64,000 bases of DNA, taken from Patescibacteria group bacterium (GTDB lineage: Bacteria; Patescibacteriota; Microgenomatia; UBA1400; PJMF01). A model generated the notes under the pieces. The model was not told the DNA's origin. It did not search any database and saw only the letters and a program-made list of their open reading frames with translations. This document shows, piece after piece, positions 58,801-64,000 of the stretch. How positions within the stretch are numbered: position 1 is the first letter of the stretch; every line of letters begins with the position of its first letter. A program made the translations under genes and the position numbers. The stretch lies in NCBI GenBank assembly GCA_045541795.1, contig JAZQJV010000003.1, positions 1,623-65,622 of the forward strand, given 5' to 3'.

Positions 58801-59068
58801 CGCGGCGAGTAGCGAGGATAGCGTCTAGTTCTCGCGCGCTGGTACGAGCGCCGGCGAGATCTCGCAGGCAGATGATTTTATAATAGCGGTCTTGGAGTAG
58901 ATGATCGCGGACAGAGGGCTTGGTAAGATCGGCAAAACGGCAGATCTGCGCGGCAAAGCCACGTTCGCCGAGTATGTGGGCAAGGGCTGTAGATAACGAC
59001 ACCGTATCCCCGAGAATGAGGACGGTAGGCTGCGACTGAGAGTATGCAGTGACCATATACCTTGCCAT
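55844..59068 (-). CDS. large DUF4012-domain membrane-anchored protein
   Basis: TM IAIGTALLVVGSYFLVF. LRLTLLFLDETTARTGGGTILGAANIEFLRG matches the DUF4012 core. Start trimmed to MARYMV. Confidence 0.6.
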   Translation of the reverse strand: MARYMVTAYSQSQPTVLILGDTVSLSTALAHILGERGFAAQICRFADLTKPSVRDHLLQDRYYKIICLRDLAGARTSARELDAILATRREPILFIARFDQTPDQDNDQTRRWYRACRSQYREILRLSEEYPKASLLVVRDLLLADDPYHPAFSYIFRDAGRGLLTDPGLDYHFVSEQSFLRQVESIIFAPYSGEKSLFVAEKISSSRFFHHLEKITARHFQTVSEQYTPVEFSFPFPVGLVGGHSDLEQLTSDYIKPYLSGKNQPTSSSDARPLFPPSKSIKNLTKPTKNTVGSYEPITLPPPRLPRQPQRDPRLDIITLPPALLQKVASSKSSAKKKKSRSSRSILKAVRTTITSQENTVLEQYLQAEKAPATPKVVCKRINVDGINFISCRPTEDKKPTVTISPKVKLQPVIPLRKATPVTIPPINPIKITPFAPSLTSASACPALKPQKPARAKDKKYSKHHIITYKKAKIKNNFFTKLLKSRPFFTSHPLIRRFYLTHPTNRAVISIAIGTALLVVGSYFLVFQPRQNERYVRETLTQYFASCQDSTSCLHSSVLQNASAFSLVKKNALPDLLAALTRLVSRHVRLTAQMDNYYATAWRRETGDVTSELQILEQVLTSSKEQLTAVRTQLERARADLTPLADEHSLAALTSTLDQLEADYKLISDYLPLFAALAGKQDLRLTLLFLDETTARTGGGTILGAANIEFLRGSYQQASFYTTEQLAAASSVQVQLPAVLASEVDNASSSRDGDEKNTTAAEGLANFTFDREFSEVASLLSGDFSSALQTTPDVVVGINLSSLAPLEKLLLGVDDAHTLQQTTLTNSRPEKSLALADLFSSLDLGLDQLAPGRGHEFFRYLLAHLENESFQLYSGDDAIKNAISAAGLRADASSVLCPGGFGSSVCYLDTFALHHNYLTTASDLTYTSAHRIELSSSNTTHTRTVEFVNHSTTDTVSDYLTLALPHSATLATITLDGRDVTLDDENGYKLTLAPEAKATLRLTFNIERAIASSDFTYSYYDQHQNGSLDDQLEVTIVSRVPYSISVIAPRAVTKGETITFLRPGKRSFFGAIDY

Positions 59069-59089
59069 AAGGGATATTTTAGCAAAAAA

Positions 59090-59480
59090 TAAAACGGTTT
59101 TCAAGTGGAAGGATGATAAAAGTTTTCCACAAAACGGTGGAAAAGTAAGTGGGAAAGGTCGTGCGTAAAGCGGTGAAATAATGGTGAGATGAAAGTGTAA
59201 AGGTAATGGAGAAGGTGGAGAAAATGCGAGGAGTAGTTTTTTATGCACAAAATGAGGGAAAGTTTTCCCCGACCCGAAACGGAGTTTTACACAGGCGAAA
59301 ATTACCACCCGAAACTTCGTAATGAGAAAATAGCAGCGATGTATAGGTATTTTATTGTATGGATAAAAATGAGGCGGCGAGTTTTCCACCGAGTTTGGCG
59401 TCCCTACTATTTACTACTAAATATTTATAGATTTGTATGGACAACTTGTTTTTGGTAAAAATTTAATGTGGAACTACAAA
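59090..59480. promoter_or_regulatory. candidate oriC: cluster of DnaA-box-like 9-mers (TTTTCCACA, TTTTCCACC x2, TTTTACACA, TTTTCCCCG) plus an AT-rich segment, upstream of dnaN
   Basis: Boxes at 59123-59131, 59137-59145 (reverse), 59263, 59285 and 59382. The AT-rich segment is tatttactactaaatatttatagatttgtatgg at 59405-59440. Confidence 0.4.
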
Positions 59481-59502
59481 TAGGTGTGGTATAATCACTG
59501 AT

Positions 59503-60618
59503 ATGAAGTGTAGTGTAAATCAAGACTTACTATTAGCCAGTGTAAAAGCCGTCAATAAATGCTTGAGTCGGCGACCGCATTTGCCGATTTTAGGTGGGAT
59601 TCATCTAAAAGCCGATGACGGTAAACTGGAGTTGACCACCACAGATATGACCGCTGGCTTGCGGGTAAAAATCCCCGCCGAAATCACGCAAGCGGGGGAA
59701 ACCACGGTGAGCGGCAAGAATTTTGTGGAGGCGGTCACTTTTTTTGATAAAGAAGGGACTGATCTGGAACTCATGGATAAACAAGTGTTGGTTAAAAACG
59801 GCCGTGATCTGGTGAAAATCCCGATTTTGACAGAAGATTTCCCACTTTTTGATGATAAAACTGACGACGCCGAAACTGTCAGTAAAGAAGTATCTTTTTG
59901 GGAATTTATCAGTAAAAATGTCAGTTATGCGGCTAGTCGCGATCAGAGCCGTCCGGCTTTGACCGGAGTGTTGATCAAAGCCAATGCTGAAAAAATGAAC
60001 GTGGTTGGCACAGATGGCTACCGGGTGGCGATTTGGGAGACTAAAGAAACGTTGGCAGGCGGCAAAGAACTGGAGATTATTGTCAATGCTAAAGCAATTA
60101 GTGACGTGGTGACGATTGCGGGGATTTTGGATGAGGAAAAAGTGGGCTTTTATCATCATACGGATGGCGAACAAGTGATTTTTACCGGGGAGAATTTTTC
60201 TTTTTTTAGCAAACTAATTAATGCAAAATTCCCACCTTTTGAAAAAATTGTACCGCTGGAGTTTACGACGCAGGCGACGATAGACCGGGAAACTTTTACC
60301 AAAAATCTAGCTAAAGCGGGTGTCTTTACTCGTACAGACAGTAATAGCGTGAAGATGCACTTGGAGGAAGCACAAATTAGTTATACGGCTACGTCGCTTG
60401 GTGATGGGAGCTTCCAAGGGAGTCAAGAGGTATTAAAATTTACTGGTGCACCGCTGGATATTGCATTTAAAATCAACTTTTTGCAGGAATATCTAAGCAC
60501 CTGCAGCGGTGAGACGGTGGAACTCAATTGTAATGGAGAGTTGTCGCCAATGGTGATCAAGGATCCAGATAACAGTGAAATGCTGTGTGTAATTATGCCA
60601 TTTAGGCCGAAAAAATAG
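59503..60618 (+). CDS. dnaN: DNA polymerase III beta sliding clamp
   Basis: 371 aa with a three-domain clamp pattern. The ATG is 7 nt after TGTGGTATAAT. Confidence 0.9.
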   Translation: MKCSVNQDLLLASVKAVNKCLSRRPHLPILGGIHLKADDGKLELTTTDMTAGLRVKIPAEITQAGETTVSGKNFVEAVTFFDKEGTDLELMDKQVLVKNGRDLVKIPILTEDFPLFDDKTDDAETVSKEVSFWEFISKNVSYAASRDQSRPALTGVLIKANAEKMNVVGTDGYRVAIWETKETLAGGKELEIIVNAKAISDVVTIAGILDEEKVGFYHHTDGEQVIFTGENFSFFSKLINAKFPPFEKIVPLEFTTQATIDRETFTKNLAKAGVFTRTDSNSVKMHLEEAQISYTATSLGDGSFQGSQEVLKFTGAPLDIAFKINFLQEYLSTCSGETVELNCNGELSPMVIKDPDNSEMLCVIMPFRPKK

Positions 60619-60660
60619 AAAAAAGTGTGGTATAATAGGCTGTCTTAGTTAGAAGGACAT

Positions 60661-60810
60661 ATGAAAAGAACGTGGCAACCTAAAAAAAAGAAACGGATGC
60701 GGAAACATGGTTTCCTGAAACGGATGATGACGGCCAAAGGTCGGCAGGTATTAAAACGCCGCCGAGATAAAGGTCGGGCGAGATTGACTGTGGTCCGCAA
60801 AGGAGTGTAA
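60661..60810 (+). CDS. rpmH: 50S ribosomal protein L34
   Basis: 49-aa [52 protein letters not shown]. It is absent from the ORF track because it is under 60 aa. An RBS gaagga lies upstream. Confidence 0.8.
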   Translation: MKRTWQPKKKKRMRKHGFLKRMMTAKGRQVLKRRRDKGRARLTVVRKGV

Positions 60811-61023
60811 TTGTCTGATGTGGCTTACTGGGTAGCACTAGCGATAGTGCGAGTGCATAAGTTTTTCATGCCTGTAAAAAGGGTGGTACTTTATAGTGTT
60901 TTTGGTTTTTGTAGCGAGTGTAAACATCGCCCGACTTGTAGTGACTATTTGCTGGAGGCTGCGCGTGAGCGTGGCTGGCGGGGAGTGTGGGAAGGCTTGG
61001 TGAGGATAATAAGGTGCTGGTGA
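60811..61023 (+). CDS. yidD: membrane protein insertion efficiency factor YidD
   Basis: CSECKHRPTCSDYLLEAARERGWRGVWEGLVRIIRC matches the YidD pattern C..P(T/S)CS.Y..EA...G...G. The start is TTG or GTG immediately after rpmH. No rnpA lies between them. Confidence 0.6.
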   Translation: MSDVAYWVALAIVRVHKFFMPVKRVVLYSVFGFCSECKHRPTCSDYLLEAARERGWRGVWEGLVRIIRCW

Positions 61024-61037
61024 GTACATCCACGCCT

Positions 61038-61136
61038 AGAATGCGCGCACATTTACTCGCTCGCACTTTTTACAAGGTTAGGCGCTGCTCGACCGGTGTA
61101 AAAAGATGCCTTCGCTCGTAAATGTGCGCGCATTCT
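61038..61136. terminator. long inverted repeat (19-bp perfect arms AGAATGCGCGCACATTTAC / GTAAATGTGCGCGCATTCT, ~60-bp spacer) between convergent yidD and dnaA
   Basis: Arms at 61038-61056 and 61118-61136, followed by TTTAT. Confidence 0.45.
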
Positions 61137-61145
61137 TTATCTGGT

Positions 61146-61216
61146 GTACTCACACTGTACTCACAAAATTTGTACTCACAGCGTACTCACAAGATTTGTA
61201 CTCACAGTGTGAGTAC
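61146..61216. repeat. five direct GTACTCACA repeats (alternating 11/15-bp spacing) ending in a 19-bp palindrome, all inside a 9-bp inverted repeat
   Basis: Repeats at 61146, 61157, 61172, 61183, 61198. Inverted copy at 61208-61216. The palindrome is GTACTCACAGTGTGAGTAC and the flanking IR is CTGGTGTAC...GTACACCAG. Confidence 0.55.
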
Positions 61217-61253
61217 ACCAGGCGTGGGGAAAATTCTCATATTTCAAATAATA

Positions 61254-62852
61254 TCAGTAACTGCCGCCCAAAATGGAAGTGCGAATGGCGGCGACATCTT
61301 GGGAGAGGAGTTGATCATGAGTGAGGGCGTCGTTGATTTTGGTGACAGCGTGCATGACGCTGGTGTGATCACGATTGGAAAAAAGTCGGCCAATTTCGGC
61401 ATAACTCATAGACAGTAGAGACTTGAGCAAAAACATCGCCACGTGACGCGCCAGGGCAATTTCTTTTTGGCGGCGAGTGCCGGTGATGACCGCTTGTTTG
61501 ATGTGGTAATGATTGGAAACGGCGGAAAGAATTTCTTTGGGATGGATTTGGCGATGAGAGTATTCTTGTTGCTGCTGCTCGGAAAGGATACCGGAGACTA
61601 GGGATTGATCAATGAGCTTACCGGTAAGCTCGTGCTCACTTTTGAGCCGCATGACGATGCCTTCGAGCTTACGGGCAGAATCGATGCGGGCGGCGATCAT
61701 TTGAGCTAGCTCGATGGGGAGCTGAAGGCCGGCAGCTTTGGCTTTGGCCAAAAGGATGGCTGATCGTAGCTCAAAGGAAGGCTGCTGGATGTCAATTTTG
61801 AGACCAGCCTCAAAACGAGAACGTAAGCGATCCTCGAGGAGGGAAATCTCGTGCGGCGGGCGATCTGAGGTGAGGACGATTTGATGGTTTTGCTTGGCTA
61901 GGGCATTAAAAGTATGAAAAAATTCCTCTTGGACGGCGTTTTTGCCGGCGATAAACTGGATGTCGTCAATCAAAAGGACTTCGCAGGTGCGGTATTTGTC
62001 TTTGAAGTTGAGAGCTTGTTTGTTTTGGATGGCACGGATGATGGAATTGGTAAATTCTTCGCCGGTACAGTAAATAATGCTGGTTTCGGGGCGAGAGCGG
62101 AGGATGTAATTGCCGATAGACTGCATGAGATGGGTTTTACCGACGCCGACGCCTCCATAAAGGAAAAGAGGATTGTAGCTAACGCCTGGGTTTTTGGCGA
62201 CAGACATGGCAGCTACGTGAGCCATTTCATTGGAGCCAGAGACGGCAAAAGTATCAAAGGTGAAATCTGGCCGGAGACCGATATTTTTGGCGATGGTGGC
62301 GGCACGAGAAATGAGAGTTTGCTGGATAGTAGATGGAGCAAAAAGGCCGTCATGATATTCGGGAGAAGCAGCGGGGCTGACAGTGGCGGGCGTAGAGGGA
62401 GTGGCGGGGCTGCTGGTGACGGCTGGTGCAGAGTGAGAAACGGGATTTTCTGCCTGGGGAGAGGAGACATTGGGAAGATGGCTGGGAGTGGGTACTGGTG
62501 TGGCGGGAGCGGCTGGCGCTGGTGGCTGAGTAAGGGGAGAAGATATAGTGGTGGGGGCGGGTTGGGGATTGAAGATGAATTTGAGTTCCACGGGGCGGCC
62601 GAGCTTGGTCGTGAGAGCGGTTTTGGCGGCAGGGCCGAGATTTTTTTCAAACTGGAGGGCATTGAAGGAAGACGGGCACAAGAAAATACACAACCACTGT
62701 GTACCGTCGGCATAATCATCAATTTGATGGAGGGAACAGGTCTTGCCCCAGGCGTCAATCAGGAGAGAAGAAACAGATCCGGCAAGTTCCTGGCAAGTTT
62801 CTTGCCAGAGGGTCTGCAGTGAGCCAGCGTCCAGGTCTAATGTTTGCGACAT
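61254..62852 (-). CDS. dnaA: chromosomal replication initiator DnaA
   Basis: AAA+ Walker A GGVGVGKTHL, DnaA signature and C-terminal HTH. A long P/A/T-rich linker. Start MSQTLDLD at 62852. Confidence 0.9.
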   Translation of the reverse strand: MSQTLDLDAGSLQTLWQETCQELAGSVSSLLIDAWGKTCSLHQIDDYADGTQWLCIFLCPSSFNALQFEKNLGPAAKTALTTKLGRPVELKFIFNPQPAPTTISSPLTQPPAPAAPATPVPTPSHLPNVSSPQAENPVSHSAPAVTSSPATPSTPATVSPAASPEYHDGLFAPSTIQQTLISRAATIAKNIGLRPDFTFDTFAVSGSNEMAHVAAMSVAKNPGVSYNPLFLYGGVGVGKTHLMQSIGNYILRSRPETSIIYCTGEEFTNSIIRAIQNKQALNFKDKYRTCEVLLIDDIQFIAGKNAVQEEFFHTFNALAKQNHQIVLTSDRPPHEISLLEDRLRSRFEAGLKIDIQQPSFELRSAILLAKAKAAGLQLPIELAQMIAARIDSARKLEGIVMRLKSEHELTGKLIDQSLVSGILSEQQQQEYSHRQIHPKEILSAVSNHYHIKQAVITGTRRQKEIALARHVAMFLLKSLLSMSYAEIGRLFSNRDHTSVMHAVTKINDALTHDQLLSQDVAAIRTSILGGSY

Positions 62853-62859
62853 ATGGTGA

Positions 62860-62888
62860 GTTTTACACCGTGTTTTCCACAATGTCAA
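62860..62888 (-). promoter_or_regulatory. dnaA promoter TTGACA-17-TAAAAC with an embedded DnaA-box-like TTTTCCACA (plus strand 62873-62881); leaderless
   Basis: Minus strand cccTTGACAttgtggaaaacacggtgTAAAACtcaccatATG. Confidence 0.5.
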
Positions 62889-62897
62889 GGGGGAGTT

Positions 62898-64000
62898 TTA
62901 TGTCCCCGCTGGCGGGCGGTAGGCGTCTATGGAGTATTCGTCATGGCCGATGAAGCCAGCGGGCTGATTGGCGCCAGGGCGGGTGGTGGGTTGATCGGGG
63001 ATTTTGTCTGCGGGGACGCGGCTGGTGGGCGGTGCAGAAGTGTCAGCAGGAGCAGTATTACCCATAGGAGTGCCGGCGGGGATGACTGGAGAGACGGCCG
63101 GTGCTGGTGCTGGAGAGGCAGGCTGAGGAGTGGAAGTGGGGGTGTTCGCGGCTGGTTGCCCGGTAAGATTGCTGATCATGGAGTAAATGTTTTGCAGCTC
63201 CGGGTTGGATTGGTTGGCGGCGACGGTAGCTTGATTAGCACCACTAGCCTCTAAAAGCAGCCGGTCACGTTCGAGAGCTTCTTGCTGCTGGCGTTTCATC
63301 ACTTCTTCCGGATTGGTGGTGATCACCCGGTGCTCCTCTGGCGAGGCGATCACCCGCAGTGCCACGTGATTTTGCCCGGCAAAAAAGATGCCCTCGCCCA
63401 CGTCTACGGAAAGCAACAGCTGGCGCTCACCTTGGGAGAGGTGGAAGGTTTCTACCAGCGGGGGGATGGAAACGGAAGATTGTTTCATTAGGAATTGGAT
63501 GGAAGAGTTGGAGACGATGGCCTTGCCGTAGTCATTGTGGAGGAAGTCTTCCACATCCTGAGAAATAGTAGTGACGCCGAGATAGTATTTGCGGGCGCGT
63601 TTGGCCATAGAGTATAAAAAGCTTGCTGAATCAGCATTTTTCATGAAATACCAGGCCTCGTCTACAATGAGGATGCGTTTTTTGAAGTTGCGCTTGACGC
63701 GCGTCCAGATGAAGTCGAGAATGACGTACATGGCGATAGGACGGAGTTCTTCTTCAATTTCTTTGACGGAGAAAATAATGAGCGGATTGGTGAGGTCGAT
63801 ATTGGATTTTTGGTCAAACAGTCCCCGGAAAGAGCCGGTAATGTACTTTTCTAAGCGAGCGGCAATATCGAGGGCGGGAGGAATTTCCATACCGATCAAG
63901 GCTTTGTAGAGGTCTTCCATGAGTGGCGGTTCATTGGTCTGGGTGCCAGGATCTGGGGTGATGCCTTTGGCTTTGTAAGCGGCGACGATCGCTTTATCCA
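62898..64000 (-). CDS. VirB4/TrbE/CagE-family type IV secretion ATPase, C-terminal part (N-terminus beyond window)
   Basis: Walker B RILIVDEAWYFM and ARKYYLGVTTISQDVEDF, with a long P/T-rich C-terminal tail. The frame stays open to position 64000. Confidence 0.7.
   Translation of the reverse strand, partial: DKAIVAAYKAKGITPDPGTQTNEPPLMEDLYKALIGMEIPPALDIAARLEKYITGSFRGLFDQKSNIDLTNPLIIFSVKEIEEELRPIAMYVILDFIWTRVKRNFKKRILIVDEAWYFMKNADSASFLYSMAKRARKYYLGVTTISQDVEDFLHNDYGKAIVSNSSIQFLMKQSSVSIPPLVETFHLSQGERQLLLSVDVGEGIFFAGQNHVALRVIASPEEHRVITTNPEEVMKRQQQEALERDRLLLEASGANQATVAANQSNPELQNIYSMISNLTGQPAANTPTSTPQPASPAPAPAVSPVIPAGTPMGNTAPADTSAPPTSRVPADKIPDQPTTRPGANQPAGFIGHDEYSIDAYRPPAGT

Overview
This 64-kb window looks like a small-genome bacterium with CPR/Patescibacteria-like features. 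The evidence is a split transketolase, DUF4143 AAA ATPases, a DUF4012 protein, a DGR, giant S/T-rich surface proteins, and many leaderless genes with TGTGGTATAAT-type extended -10 boxes 6-9 nt upstream of the ATG. Housekeeping genes in the window are argS, tkt (N and C subunits), pgk, xth, ruvX, guaA, guaB, valS, rplY, dnaN, rpmH, yidD and dnaA. The most striking element is a complete diversity-generating retroelement at 3036-7514 on the minus strand. It has a reverse transcriptase with the DGR-specific IGNLTSQ and YVDD motifs, and a 184-bp template/variable repeat pair that differs at 16 positions, all at template adenines. Its target is a FISUMP/C-type-lectin-fold protein. A translationally coupled 332-aa accessory ORF of unknown family sits between TR and RT. 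A G9 homopolymer tract separates the target's signal peptide from its body, which is either a phase-variation switch or a homopolymer error. A partial second copy of the target 5' region lies 42 kb away. Other content includes a 4574-aa modular Cys-rich adhesin-like protein divergent from a polytopic GT-C-like membrane protein, a sortase, and a 1817-aa coiled-coil protein convergent with a VirB6/TrbL-like membrane protein. There are three DUF4143 AAA ATPase paralogs, one flanked by 62-bp direct repeats. An orphan MazF/PemK-like toxin cassette is flanked by 31-bp repeats carrying a 19-bp palindrome that recurs next to a GTACTCACA repeat array near dnaA. A PD-(D/E)xK nuclease gene sits behind a near-identical mobile-promoter-like element flanked by 36-bp direct repeats, and a DUF559 endonuclease gene is flanked by hairpins. 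A tRNA gene has a tandem pseudo-tRNA fragment beside it. An oriC-like region with TTTTCCACA DnaA boxes lies upstream of dnaN, and a VirB4-like ATPase is truncated at the window edge. All coordinates are approximate to within 1-2 nt where I counted by hand.
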